Numbered from the stretch's first letter, positions 6,695 through 17,304 are shown. The stretch: DNA of 62,222 nucleotides from an uncultured Gammaproteobacteria bacterium (GCA_964532385.1 CAZHHW010000005.1:1-62222); one strand, 5' to 3'. The notes: generated from the letters alone by a model not told the origin. Numbers and translations: made by a program.

Positions 6695-8760
6695 GCTTGA
6701 CTGTCCTTCAATCCGGTGATGCCGTTGTGGCGTAGCAAGGCATCAACCGTGGGTGGGCGCCCGCGAAAGTCAGTAAACAATTCCATTGGTTCACGCGAAC
6801 CGCCCTGCTCCAGAATGGCATTGAGAAATTTTTTGCCGGCAACGGCATTGAATACACCCTGTTCTTCAAATAATGAAAAGGCATCTGCGGATAACACTTC
6901 AGCCCACTTATAGCTGTAATAACCCGCCGCATAACCACCCGCAAAAATATGTGTAAAGCTGTGCTGGAAGCGATTAAATGCGGGAGGAATAAGCACCGAC
7001 ACTTCACGCCGCACATCATCCAGAGTTTCCTGCACACGTGCGCCGCGCGCCGGTTCGTAGTGCAAATGCATGCGAAAATCAAACAGTGAAAATTCCAGTT
7101 GGCGCAGCATTATCATCGCCGACTGAAAGTTTTTTGCCGCAAGCATCTTGTCGAATAACTCTTCCGGCAAAGGCGCGCCAGTCTGGTAATGCCCTGCGAT
7201 TACATTCAGCGCCTCGCGCTCCCAGCACCAATTTTCCATGAATTGGCTGGGCAACTCCACCGCGTCCCATGCCACACCATTGATGCCCGACACACTAATA
7301 TAGTCGACGCGCGTGAGCATGTGATGCAAACCGTGACCGAATTCATGAAATAGGGTTTCGACTTCCTGATGCGTGAGCAACACCGGTGTGTCGCCGACCG
7401 GCGGCGTAAAATTGCAGGTGAGATAGGCCACGGGCGACTGCATACCGGCCGGATGTTTGCGGCGGCCGATGCAATCGTCCATCCACGCGCCGCCGCGTTT
7501 CCCCGCGCGCGCGTACAAATCCAGATAAAACTGTCCGCGCAGCTCACCCAGCGCATCGCGAATTTCAAAGAAGCGCACATCCGGGTGCCAGGTTTCGACC
7601 GATCCGGTTTCAGTGATGCCGATGCCGAACAGGCGGCGCACCACGTCAAACATCCCTTGTAATACCCGATTCACCGGAAAATACGGCTTGAGGTCTTCTT
7701 GCGAGAATGCGAAACGCTGCTCGCGCAATTTCTCGCCGTAGTAGGGCACGTCCCATGCTTCGAGCTTGGCCAGGCCGTGCATTTCGCGGGCATAGGCTTT
7801 TAATTCCTCGACCTCTTGTTGCGCCATGGGTTTGGAACGCTGTGCAAGATCGCCTAAAAATTGCAGCACCTGCGCCGGGTCCTGCGCCATTTTGGTGGCC
7901 AGCGAATAAATCGCGTAATTGTCAAAACCCAGCAACTGCGCCTGTTCATGGCGCAAGGCGAGAATGCGTTCCATCAGCGGGCTGTTGTCCCACGTGCCTG
8001 CATTGGGTCCTTGATCGGAAGCGCGCGTGGCATAGGCTGAATAAATTTCGCGGCGCAACTCGCGGTTGTCGGCATGCGTGATGACCGCGTAATACGATGG
8101 AAAATCCAGCGTAAACATCCAGCCGTCTTTGTCCTCCTGTTGCGCGGTTTGCTGCGCCAGTGCACGCGCCGATTCGGGCAGGCCGCTCAACAGTGCTGGA
8201 TCGGTGACGTGTTTATGCCAGGCGCGCGTGGCGTCGAGCACGTTTTCTTCGAACTTGGTGGTGACTTGCGACAGCTCTTGCTTGATCTCTTTGTAACGCG
8301 CTTTTTTCTCTGGCGGCAAGTCCACACCCACCAAGCGAAAGTCGCGCAGTGCGTTATCGATTACCTTTTTCTGCGCGCGATCCAGGCGTGCGTATTCAGG
8401 GCCGTCGGCGATGTGCTGAAAGGCGCGGAATAATGTTTCGTCCTGACCCAGCTCGGTGTAATACGCCGTGAGCTTGGGCAGTCCGGCGTTATACGCGGCG
8501 CGCAGCTCTTCGGAATTCACCACCGAATTCATGTGCCCCACCGGCGACCACAGCCGCCCGAGCTTGTCATTTAGCGCTTCGAGCGGTTCGACAAAATTGT
8601 CCCAGGTGTAGTCGTGCGTGCTGTCGACCAGCGCGCGCAGCGCGGCGCGGTTATGCGCAAGCCGCCGATCCAGCGCGGGCTCCACATGCTCAGCACGGAT
8701 TTTTGCAAATGGCGGCAAGCCGTCAAAGTCTATTAATGGATTGATTTGAGTAGAGTCCAT
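6661..8760 (-). CDS. prlC: Oligopeptidase A (M3 metallopeptidase)
   Basis: HEFGHGLHH zinc motif, ~700 aa, N-terminal NPLIDFDGLPPF typical of OpdA/PrlC. Confidence 0.9.
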   Translation of the reverse strand: MDSTQINPLIDFDGLPPFAKIRAEHVEPALDRRLAHNRAALRALVDSTHDYTWDNFVEPLEALNDKLGRLWSPVGHMNSVVNSEELRAAYNAGLPKLTAYYTELGQDETLFRAFQHIADGPEYARLDRAQKKVIDNALRDFRLVGVDLPPEKKARYKEIKQELSQVTTKFEENVLDATRAWHKHVTDPALLSGLPESARALAQQTAQQEDKDGWMFTLDFPSYYAVITHADNRELRREIYSAYATRASDQGPNAGTWDNSPLMERILALRHEQAQLLGFDNYAIYSLATKMAQDPAQVLQFLGDLAQRSKPMAQQEVEELKAYAREMHGLAKLEAWDVPYYGEKLREQRFAFSQEDLKPYFPVNRVLQGMFDVVRRLFGIGITETGSVETWHPDVRFFEIRDALGELRGQFYLDLYARAGKRGGAWMDDCIGRRKHPAGMQSPVAYLTCNFTPPVGDTPVLLTHQEVETLFHEFGHGLHHMLTRVDYISVSGINGVAWDAVELPSQFMENWCWEREALNVIAGHYQTGAPLPEELFDKMLAAKNFQSAMIMLRQLEFSLFDFRMHLHYEPARGARVQETLDDVRREVSVLIPPAFNRFQHSFTHIFAGGYAAGYYSYKWAEVLSADAFSLFEEQGVFNAVAGKKFLNAILEQGGSREPMELFTDFRGRPPTVDALLRHNGITGLKDSQACSTNGFSSPP

Positions 8761-8828
8761 GGGCAGTTGTGAAGAATGTTATGATGCAAGCCGGGCCACA
8801 GTTTAATGTAATGGGCGGTGCACACCAA

Positions 8829-9830
8829 ATGTTAACGGACCCGCTGGAATCTGAAACCCCTTACGCCGGTCTGTCGCCGGATCTGGTGCTTAACGCCATC
8901 GAGGCGCAGGGCTACGTGTGCAGCGGCCATTTGCTTGCGCTCAACAGCTATGAAAACCGTGTCTATCGGATCGGCATCGAACAAGGCCGTCCACTGATCG
9001 CCAAATTTTATCGTCCGGCGCGCTGGAGCGACGCCGCGATTCTCGAAGAACACGCCTTCACCGCCGAACTGGTCGAGCAGGAAATCCCCATCGTTCCTCC
9101 GCTCGTCGATACCGAAGGCCGCACCCTGCACGAGTTCAACGGCTATCGTTTCGCACTATTTCCAAGCCAAGGCGGACGCTGGCCGGATCTGGACAAGCGC
9201 GAAAATCTCACCTGGCTGGGCCGCTTCATGGGTCGCATCCACGCGCTGGGCGCGGCCAAGCCGTTTGCACAGCGCCCGAGCTTGACACCCACAACCTTCG
9301 GCGTGGATTCCTATCAATATTTGCTCGAACACAATTTCGTGCCCGCGCATCTGGTGAGCGAATACCGCGAAGTGGTCGAAGACCTGCTGCGCGAAGTCGA
9401 CGCCGCTTACGCGCGCGCCGCGCCCGCGCAACTGATCCGCGTGCACGGCGATTGTCATCCCGGCAATATTTTATGGACCGAAGACGGCCCGCACTTCGTC
9501 GACATGGACGACTGCCGCATGGCGCCCGCCGTGCAGGACATCTGGATGCTGGTGTCCGGCTCGCGCGAAGAGATGAGCCGCATGCTGTCGGCGTTCCTCG
9601 ATGGCTATTACGACTTCCACGAATTCGATCCGCGCGAACTGCATCTGGTCGAATCGCTGCGCACCCTGCGTATGATCCACTACGCCGCCTGGCTCGCCCG
9701 CCGCTGGAAAGACCCCGCCTTTCCGCTCAACTTCCCGTGGTTCGGCGCGCCGAGTTATTGGGATGAGCACCTCAATACATTACGCCAACAACGGCTGGTG
9801 ATTGGTGATCCGCCGTTGGAATCACGTTGA
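8829..9830 (+). CDS. srkA: Stress-response Ser/Thr protein kinase SrkA (YihE/RdoA family)
   Basis: LNSYENRVY, KFYRPARW, catalytic loop HGDCHPGNILW, FVDMDD. Start ambiguous (8769-8829). Confidence 0.85.
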   Translation: MLTDPLESETPYAGLSPDLVLNAIEAQGYVCSGHLLALNSYENRVYRIGIEQGRPLIAKFYRPARWSDAAILEEHAFTAELVEQEIPIVPPLVDTEGRTLHEFNGYRFALFPSQGGRWPDLDKRENLTWLGRFMGRIHALGAAKPFAQRPSLTPTTFGVDSYQYLLEHNFVPAHLVSEYREVVEDLLREVDAAYARAAPAQLIRVHGDCHPGNILWTEDGPHFVDMDDCRMAPAVQDIWMLVSGSREEMSRMLSAFLDGYYDFHEFDPRELHLVESLRTLRMIHYAAWLARRWKDPAFPLNFPWFGAPSYWDEHLNTLRQQRLVIGDPPLESR

Positions 9831-10235
9831 GGTTGCTTGGGCTCGCACAGCAGTAACAGGTACTGAGTCCCACGATGCTACATCGTGACCTATTAGAAAC
9901 GGCTGCGCACTCCCCTTGCAAAAAGAATCGAGGGAAGCGCAGGAGCGCGGGCATCTTGCCCGCAAAACAGCGAGCGGGACGCACGCGCTCCAGTAATAGA
10001 TAAATCCTGACGGGTGCGATAAGCGAACGCAAAGCGCGGACATCACACGTGCATTCGAGATTGCAAGATACTGCTGGAAGGCGTGGACTTCATGCCAGGC
10101 GGCGATGGTCGATGGCAACGCACCGAGCGGCTGTCGAGCGTGCCACGCGCAGCCCAATCCTTTCCTATACTTACCACAAGAAACTTTCGCGTCTGCCGAT
10201 ACTCAGATGGGCGTGACTTCGATATAAAAACCGCT

Positions 10236-13058
10236 ATGGCCATGGACATTATTTTGCGTGATGAGTTGATGCAGAAGCTGGCGGACAACAGTTATTTGTT
10301 CGCCGGGAATGCGGCGTTTATTGAAGATTTATACGCGCGGTTTCTGAAAGATCCCGCTTCTGTTGGCGATGACTGGCGGCAGACTTTCGAAGCCTTGCAG
10401 CGCACCAATCCGACGGCTCCGGCGGATGCCGACCATGCGGCGATTCGCATCGCGTTCTCGCGGCTGTCGCCGCAGGCGGTTGCGCCGGCCGCGGCGGCGG
10501 GCGACGACAAGCAGGTCGCGGTATTGCAGTTGATCAATGCGTATCGATTCCGGGGTTACCAGAACGCGGACACCGATCCGATCCGTTTGCGCGACAAACC
10601 GGTGGTGCCGGAGCTTGATCCTGCGTTTCACAAATTCATCGATGCCGATCTGGATACCGTATTCAACACCGGCTCGCTGGTGGGTCCAGCACAGGCGCCG
10701 CTGCGTGAAATTCTGAATCTGCTGAAAGAGACTTACGGCGGGCATGTCGGCGCCGAGTACATGCACATCAACACCACGCAGGAGAAGCGCTGGATTCAAA
10801 ACCGTCTCGAAGGCGCACGCGGGCGCGGCGAATTCCGCAACGCGCAGAAACAGGCCATTCTGCAACGCCTGCTCGCAGCCGAAGGGTTGGAAAAATTCCT
10901 GCACGTGAAATACGTCGGACAAAAACGTTTTTCGCTGGAAGGCGCGGAAAGCCTGATTCCGCTGCTGGACGAGCTGGTGCAGCGCGCGGGTGAGCACGAC
11001 ATTAAAGAAATCGTCATGGGCATGGCGCATCGCGGCCGGCTCAATGTGCTGGTGAATATTCTCGGCAAATCGCCGCGCGTATTGTTCCGTGAATTCGAAG
11101 GCATGTTCGACCAGCAAACCAATCAGGGGTCGGGTGATGTCAAATATCATCTGGGCTTTGGTTGCGACGTGAGCACCGTGCGCGGCAACATGCACATCAC
11201 GCTGGCGTTTAATCCGTCGCATCTGGAAATCGTAAGCCCGGTGGTGCAGGGCGCGGTGCGCGCGCGTCAGCATGCGCGCCGCGACCTGGAGGGCGCGCAG
11301 GTGATGCCGGTGCTGATTCATGGCGACGCCGCGTTTGCCGGCCAGGGCGTGGTCATGGAAACCTTGCAAATGTCGCAGGCGCGCGGCTACACCACCGGCG
11401 GCACGGTGCACATTGTTATCAATAACCAGATCGGTTTCACCACCAGCCATCCGCTCGATGTGCGTTCTTCGGCAACCTGCACCGAGGTTGCGAAAATTGT
11501 GCAGGCGCCGATTTTTCATGTGAACGCAGATGATCCCGAAGCGGTGTTGTTTATTACACAGCTCGCGCTCGATTATCGCGTGGAGTTTCACAAAGATGTG
11601 GTGATCGATCTGATCTGTTATCGCCGCCATGGTCACAACGAAGCGGATGAACCTAAAGTCACGCAGCCGATGATGTATCGCAAAATCGGTGAGCGCCCCA
11701 CGATTACCGAACTGTATGGCAAGCAGTTGGCCGGCGAGCAGGTGATCTTGGCGGATGCGATCGATGCGATGAAAAACGCCTATCGGCGCGCACTGGAGCA
11801 AGGCCAGACGGTCGCGCCGCATATCGCGATTGTGGAACGCGCCGCCACCACCGATTGGGCGCCCTACAAAAAAACCCACTGGAGCCAACCGGCCAACACC
11901 GGCTTGCCGGTGGAGAACATCGCCCGCCTGGCCGCGTTGTTTTGCAAGGTGCCGGAGGATGTCGAAGTGCATGCGAGCGTCGCGCGCATTCTCGACACGC
12001 GGCGCAAAATGGCGGCGGGAGAAGTGCCGTTCGATTGGGGTTTCGCCGAGCTCGCCGCATATGCGTCGTTGCTCACCGACGGTTACGCGGTGCGTATTTC
12101 GGGACAGGACAGCGGCCGCGGCACGTTCTTTCACCGTCATGCGGTGGTGCATAACCAGGCGACCGGCGACTCATGTATCCCGTTGCAGCATTTATCGGCG
12201 GATCAGCCCGGTTTCGTGGTGATCGATTCGTTGTTGTCCGAGGAAGCGGTGCTTGGCTTTGAGTACGGCTATGCCACCAGCGATCCGCGCACGCTGGTGA
12301 TTTGGGAAGCGCAATTCGGCGATTTCGCCAACGGCGCGCAAGTGGTGATCGACCAGTTCATCAGTTCCGGCGAAGCCAAGTGGGGGCGCCTGTGCGGGCT
12401 CACCTTGTTGTTGCCGCACGGTTACGATGGTCAAGGTCCGGAACATTCCTCGGCGCGGCTGGAACGCTATCTGCTGATGTGCGCCGAAGATAACATGCAG
12501 GTGTGCATGCCCAGCACCCCGGCGCAGATGTTTCACCTGCTGCGCCGTCAAATGCTGCGACCGTATCGCAAGCCGCTGATCGTGATGACACCCAAGAGCC
12601 TGTTACGCCACAAGCTGTCGACGTCGCCGCTGACCGAGATGGTGAATGGGAAATTCCATAACATCATCGGCGAGCACGAAGCGTTCGATCCTAAAAAAGT
12701 CAAGCACGCGCTGGTGTGCAGCGGCAAGGTTTACTTTGAACTGTTGCAGGCGCGCAAGGAGCGTGCGATCGAATCCTTGCCCATTATCCGGATCGAGCAG
12801 TTGTATCCGTTCGACGCCGGGGAGCTGGCGGTGGAATTAGCGCGTTATCCTAAACTCGAAGTAGTAAAGTGGTGTCAGGAAGAGCCGAAGAATCAGGGTG
12901 CCTGGCATAGCATCAGGCATGATCTGCAAGAGGCTTTAACGGCGAAACAAACGCTGGCCTATGCGGGACGCCCGGCCGCCGCGTCTCCGGCGGTGGGATA
13001 TTTGCAGCGGCATCTGGAACAACAGTTGGCGCTGATCGATGATGCATTCAAATTTTAA
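10236..13058 (+). CDS. sucA: 2-oxoglutarate dehydrogenase E1 component
   Basis: ~940 aa. SYLFAGNAAFIEDLY N-terminus, FNPSHLE, LLPHGYDGQGPEHSSARLER. Start is one of ATG 10236/10242/10269; no clear SD. Confidence 0.92.
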   Translation: MAMDIILRDELMQKLADNSYLFAGNAAFIEDLYARFLKDPASVGDDWRQTFEALQRTNPTAPADADHAAIRIAFSRLSPQAVAPAAAAGDDKQVAVLQLINAYRFRGYQNADTDPIRLRDKPVVPELDPAFHKFIDADLDTVFNTGSLVGPAQAPLREILNLLKETYGGHVGAEYMHINTTQEKRWIQNRLEGARGRGEFRNAQKQAILQRLLAAEGLEKFLHVKYVGQKRFSLEGAESLIPLLDELVQRAGEHDIKEIVMGMAHRGRLNVLVNILGKSPRVLFREFEGMFDQQTNQGSGDVKYHLGFGCDVSTVRGNMHITLAFNPSHLEIVSPVVQGAVRARQHARRDLEGAQVMPVLIHGDAAFAGQGVVMETLQMSQARGYTTGGTVHIVINNQIGFTTSHPLDVRSSATCTEVAKIVQAPIFHVNADDPEAVLFITQLALDYRVEFHKDVVIDLICYRRHGHNEADEPKVTQPMMYRKIGERPTITELYGKQLAGEQVILADAIDAMKNAYRRALEQGQTVAPHIAIVERAATTDWAPYKKTHWSQPANTGLPVENIARLAALFCKVPEDVEVHASVARILDTRRKMAAGEVPFDWGFAELAAYASLLTDGYAVRISGQDSGRGTFFHRHAVVHNQATGDSCIPLQHLSADQPGFVVIDSLLSEEAVLGFEYGYATSDPRTLVIWEAQFGDFANGAQVVIDQFISSGEAKWGRLCGLTLLLPHGYDGQGPEHSSARLERYLLMCAEDNMQVCMPSTPAQMFHLLRRQMLRPYRKPLIVMTPKSLLRHKLSTSPLTEMVNGKFHNIIGEHEAFDPKKVKHALVCSGKVYFELLQARKERAIESLPIIRIEQLYPFDAGELAVELARYPKLEVVKWCQEEPKNQGAWHSIRHDLQEALTAKQTLAYAGRPAAASPAVGYLQRHLEQQLALIDDAFKF

Positions 13059-13073
13059 CAACGAGCTTATGCC

Positions 13074-14243
13074 ATGATCATTGAAGTCAAGGTCCCCGCC
13101 CTCGCGGAATCCATCGCCGACGCCACCGTTGTCACGTGGCTGAAGAACGTCGGCGACTACGTCGGCCGCGAGGAACATCTCACCGACCTTGAAACCGACA
13201 AGGTGACCTTGGAAGTCACCGCGCCTGAAGCCGGCGTGCTCAAGGAGATCAAACAGGCGAACGGCAACACCGTGCACAGCAATGAAGTGCTGGCAGTGAT
13301 CGACACCGAGGCCAAAGGGGTCGTCGCGGCAGCCAAGCCGGCAGAGCCCAAGCCTGCCGCACCGCCGCAGGTCGAAACTAAAATGGGGCCGGCCGCACGT
13401 AAAATTGCGCATGAAAAAAATGTCGATACCGCCGTACTCAACGGCAGTGGCCGCGGCGGCCGTGTGACTAAAGAAGATGTGCTCAAGGCGGTGAATGCGC
13501 CCGTCTCGTCTGCCCGCCTAGAATTCACGCCGGCCCCCGGTGCTCGCCCTGAAGAACGTGTGCCGATGACGCGCTTGCGTGCGCGCATCGCCGAACGCCT
13601 GAAACAAGCGCAAAACACCGCCGCCATGCTGACCACTTTCAATGAAGTCAACATGCAGCCGGTCATGGCCTTGCGCGACAAATACAAAGAGCGTTTTCAA
13701 AAAGAGTTCGGCGTGAAGCTTGGCTTCATGTCGTTTTTCAGCAAGGCATGCATCGAGGCGCTGCGTAAATTTCCGGTGGTTAATGCGTCGGTCGACGGCA
13801 ACGACATTGTGTATCACGGCTATTTCGATATCGGTATCGCGGTCGGTACCGAGCGCGGGCTGGTGGTGCCGGTAATTCATGACGCGGATCGCTACAGCTT
13901 CGCGCAACTCGAATCCAAAGTGGTGGAATTCGGCCAAAAAGCGCGCGACGGCAAACTGTCGCTGGAAGAGTTAAGCGGCGGCACCTTCACCATCACCAAC
14001 GGCGGTGTGTTCGGCTCGCTGCTGTCCACGCCGATTTTGAATCCGCCGCAAAGCGCGATTCTCGGCATGCACAAAATTCAGGACCGGCCGGTGGTGGAAA
14101 ACGGCCAGATCGTCGCGCGTCCGATGATGTACATCGCGCTGTCCTACGATCACCGCATTATCGACGGTCAGGAAGCGGTGCAGTTTTTGGTCGCGGTGAA
14201 AGAAGCGCTGGAAGATCCGGCGCGGATGTTGTTGCAGATTTAG
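13074..14243 (+). CDS. sucB: Dihydrolipoyllysine-residue succinyltransferase (E2o)
   Basis: N-terminal lipoyl domain [11 protein letters not shown]3-binding region, catalytic SYDHRIIDG. Confidence 0.93.
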   Translation: MIIEVKVPALAESIADATVVTWLKNVGDYVGREEHLTDLETDKVTLEVTAPEAGVLKEIKQANGNTVHSNEVLAVIDTEAKGVVAAAKPAEPKPAAPPQVETKMGPAARKIAHEKNVDTAVLNGSGRGGRVTKEDVLKAVNAPVSSARLEFTPAPGARPEERVPMTRLRARIAERLKQAQNTAAMLTTFNEVNMQPVMALRDKYKERFQKEFGVKLGFMSFFSKACIEALRKFPVVNASVDGNDIVYHGYFDIGIAVGTERGLVVPVIHDADRYSFAQLESKVVEFGQKARDGKLSLEELSGGTFTITNGGVFGSLLSTPILNPPQSAILGMHKIQDRPVVENGQIVARPMMYIALSYDHRIIDGQEAVQFLVAVKEALEDPARMLLQI

Positions 14244-14253
14244 GATGGGCATC

Positions 14254-14287
14254 CTCCCCTCCTCGAAAATGAGGAGGGGAGTAATTT
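14254..14287 (+). terminator. 11-bp perfect hairpin with weak T tract between sucB and lpdA (attenuator or partial terminator)
   Basis: CTCCCCTCCTC-gaaaat-GAGGAGGGGAG followed by TAATTT. An adjacent small palindrome AGGATG-gg-CATCCT lies at 14242-14255. Confidence 0.35.
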
Positions 14288-14308
14288 CGCTGACGTGGAA
14301 AATAAATC

Positions 14309-15724
14309 ATGAAAAAATTCGACGTCGCAGTCATCGGTGGCGGTCCCGGCGGATACGTCGCTGCAATCCGCTGCGCGCAATTGGGCCTGAAAACCGTCTG
14401 CATCGACCAGTTCCTCACCGCCTCCGGCAAACCCGCGCTGGGCGGCGTGTGCCTTAATGTCGGCTGCATTCCATCCAAAGCCTTGCTGGATTCATCCGAA
14501 CGCTATTACCACGTGCAGCATCAGATTGCCGAGCACGGCATCCGTGTGGGTAACGTGGAGCTTGATCTTGACATGATGATGGCGCGTAAAGAACGCGTCG
14601 TGTCCGGTCTCACCGGCGGCATTGCCATGCTGTTCGTCAAACATAAAGTGACCTGGCTGCAAGGGCAGGGACGCTTGCAGTCCCGCAATCAGGTCGAAGT
14701 GATCATGCACGACCAGAGCATTGAAATTGTCGAAACCGATAATGTGATCATTGCCACCGGTTCGACGCCGCAAGCGACCCCCGATGTTGATTTCGACGGT
14801 GAGCGCATTATCGACTCGACCGGTGCGCTGGCATTAAAAGAGGTTCCCGCGCGCTTCGGTGTGCTGGGTGCGGGGGCCGTCGGGCTGGAATTAGGTAGCG
14901 TGTGGAGCCGTCTGGGCTCCAATGTTGTCATTTTACAGCGCCGCGACATTTTCCTGCCCAGCGTCGACCGGAAAATCGCCGAAGAAGCGTATGCGCTGTT
15001 TCAGTCGCAGGGTCTCGACATTCGTATGAACACGCGCGTCAAATCGGTGAAGGCCACCGCCAAACACGTTAATGTTGTGTACGAAGACGGCGGCGGCGAG
15101 CACAAGTTACAACTGGATTACCTGTTGATCGCCACCGGCCGCAAGCCCAATACGCAAGGGCTCAACGCCGAAGCCGCGGGTTTAAAAATGGATCAACGCG
15201 GATTTATCGAGGTGGACGAACATTGCCGTACCAATCTGCCCGGCGTATGGGCAATCGGCGACGTGGTGCGCGGGCCGATGCTGGCGCACAAAGCTTCCGA
15301 AGAAGGAGTGATGGTGGCCGAGCGCATCACCGGACAGTTGAGCGATGTGAATTACGCCGTGATCCCGTTTGTGATTTACACCGCTCCGGAAATCGCCTGG
15401 GCGGGCAAGACCCAGGAAGAACTCGCCGCCGCCGGAACTCAAGTGCGCACCGGTGTGTTCCCATTCAAAGCCAACGGCCGCGCCCAAGCGTCAGGCGAGC
15501 ACGCCGGCATGGTCAAGATCATCGCCGACGCGCAATACGACCGGGTGCTGGGTGTGCACATTTTAGGTCCGCATGCGTCGGAAATGATCGCACAGGCGGT
15601 TACCGCGATGGAGTTCGGCGCGAGCAGTGAAGACATCGCGCGCACCGTGCATGCGCACCCGACCTTGTCGGAAGCATTTCACGAAGCCGCATTGGTGGTG
15701 GACAAGCGCGCGGTGCACATTTAA
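14309..15724 (+). CDS. lpdA: Dihydrolipoyl dehydrogenase (E3)
   Basis: GGGPGGY FAD motif, redox-active GGVCLNVGCIPSK, C-terminal HAHPTLSE. Confidence 0.93.
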   Translation: MKKFDVAVIGGGPGGYVAAIRCAQLGLKTVCIDQFLTASGKPALGGVCLNVGCIPSKALLDSSERYYHVQHQIAEHGIRVGNVELDLDMMMARKERVVSGLTGGIAMLFVKHKVTWLQGQGRLQSRNQVEVIMHDQSIEIVETDNVIIATGSTPQATPDVDFDGERIIDSTGALALKEVPARFGVLGAGAVGLELGSVWSRLGSNVVILQRRDIFLPSVDRKIAEEAYALFQSQGLDIRMNTRVKSVKATAKHVNVVYEDGGGEHKLQLDYLLIATGRKPNTQGLNAEAAGLKMDQRGFIEVDEHCRTNLPGVWAIGDVVRGPMLAHKASEEGVMVAERITGQLSDVNYAVIPFVIYTAPEIAWAGKTQEELAAAGTQVRTGVFPFKANGRAQASGEHAGMVKIIADAQYDRVLGVHILGPHASEMIAQAVTAMEFGASSEDIARTVHAHPTLSEAFHEAALVVDKRAVHI

Positions 15725-15743
15725 CTGGGCCCGATGTTGTCAT

Positions 15744-16655
15744 TTAGAAACGTGCGCTGACGTCAAATCCAAAGGTACGCGAAGCGCCGCTATCGCGATT
15801 CTGCAATGAAATGCCGGCTCGATATTCCGGCGTGATGAACGTACTGATTGTTATGTGGCGCTCGATGCTAATCGGGTCGACTGCGTCATCATCTTTCAAT
15901 TTCACAACCCGCGCGCCGACACTCGTCGCGCGAGTGAAATAATATTCCAAGGCCGCCGTTAGCGTTCTGTTTGTTGATGACCATGGCGCGTCATAAACCG
16001 TCCGCTGCACATCCGCACTGATGCTCAAAGATTGAGTTTCTGAAATCGTTGCCAGATGCTTGCCGGACAGTTGCCAAGTGTGTGCGGCAATCATGTTAAC
16101 GGAGTCGGGCTCGAGCCGTGTGTAGTCGATGCCCATGTGCGAACTGTCGGTTACATACGCGCCGATGCCACCGTGAAATATGTTCACCTCGGTTTTTTGC
16201 CAGCGCGAACCCAGTGTGCCGGAAACACCCTCATAGTCAGGATTGGCGTTATGCCCAGCCCCGGAAGCAAAAGAATTCTGAGATTTATCGTTGACTCTGA
16301 GCATGCCAATCGCAGCCGTCAGCGGCGTTTGCATCGATGCAAATCTTGCTTCGAAACCGTATCGCCATTGTGTGGCCGAACCCTCTCCGCTATCTGCTGA
16401 CAGATGCGTTAAGTTCAGTCCTAAAGCAGGAACTCGCGCCAAGAAAACCGCTTCACCCAGCGCTCCGGAATCGGTTGTTACCGCACTGAGAAACCGAGTC
16501 GCAACCAAACCATAGTCGTGGCTCGTAATGTCGTACTTGCTGTGATGAGTTCTGGAATAATCAAAGCCAATTTCATTTTCAAATGAATCTGCGGCAACTG
16601 AAAGTGAACAGGTCAGGCAAGACACAACAACAACCGCAGAAAAATTTCTACGCAT
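15744..16655 (-). CDS. Putative outer-membrane beta-barrel protein
   Basis: Signal peptide MRRNFSAVVVVSCLTCSLSVAA, alternating aromatic/polar beta-strand pattern, C-terminal ...FDVSARF. Confidence 0.6.
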   Translation of the reverse strand: MRRNFSAVVVVSCLTCSLSVAADSFENEIGFDYSRTHHSKYDITSHDYGLVATRFLSAVTTDSGALGEAVFLARVPALGLNLTHLSADSGEGSATQWRYGFEARFASMQTPLTAAIGMLRVNDKSQNSFASGAGHNANPDYEGVSGTLGSRWQKTEVNIFHGGIGAYVTDSSHMGIDYTRLEPDSVNMIAAHTWQLSGKHLATISETQSLSISADVQRTVYDAPWSSTNRTLTAALEYYFTRATSVGARVVKLKDDDAVDPISIERHITISTFITPEYRAGISLQNRDSGASRTFGFDVSARF

Positions 16656-17001
16656 AATGCACCCCCCAAGGTATGAACTTAATCAGTTAGTATCACAGCC
16701 GCAGAGTATAACTTTGCGTCGTCTTCCTCGCCTTATTTAAGGTTACTCGGGAGTCAAAACCGTACCCGATACAATCGGGAAACAACGTATATCCATGCGC
16801 TGCGGGGCGTGTTGCAATGAAGTGTCGATTCAAGCGGCGTTGTCAGTCAGTTTTCTGATCGACAAGTCTGATGCCGGTCCTCACTCGCGACTCTCGGATC
16901 TCCCTCCACGCGATTTGTCACGAACAGGTCCTGTTGCAGGCAGGTACCGTTCCCGTGTAACGGGCGTTATGCGGGCCCCTCATTTTTAGTGGGAGCGAAT
17001 C

Positions 17002-17304
17002 ATGAGCAGCACCTTAATAGTTCTTGCATTTACCACGTTAACGGCGGTATCTATTGCGCCCTTCGACAGCAATGATACGGCTTGTCCGAGCGGGCTGCCG
17101 GCGCAACTGTTTCTCGATTGTGTGGTTGCGGACAGTTCGGCTCGCAGTGTGGAAAATGGTCCGGCGCATATCGGAGCGGCGGAATACTACAACGTAAGCG
17201 AGCAGTTGCAGGCTTGGGCAGACACTCAAATGCGGCGCGATGCCGCACGCGAGCTTACCCTGTCCACGGACAGTGATATTGCACAACAGGTGGACTTACA
17301 CTGA
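17002..17304 (+). CDS. Hypothetical secreted protein (100 aa)
   Basis: GGGAG 6 nt before the ATG; signal-like MSSTLIVLAFTTLTAVSIA; no recognised domain. Confidence 0.4.
   Translation: MSSTLIVLAFTTLTAVSIAPFDSNDTACPSGLPAQLFLDCVVADSSARSVENGPAHIGAAEYYNVSEQLQAWADTQMRRDAARELTLSTDSDIAQQVDLH

Noticed and set aside
9942-9991. GC-rich hairpins after srkA as its intrinsic terminator
   Set aside because: The stems are followed by AAAACAG or AGTAAT, not a U tract, so they are treated as part of the sucA leader question.
10329-12152. 607-aa ORF antisense to sucA
   Set aside because: It lies fully inside a gene with unmistakable E1o motifs. Its Arg/His/Ala-rich, motif-free translation is typical of the open antisense frames created by GC-rich third codon positions.
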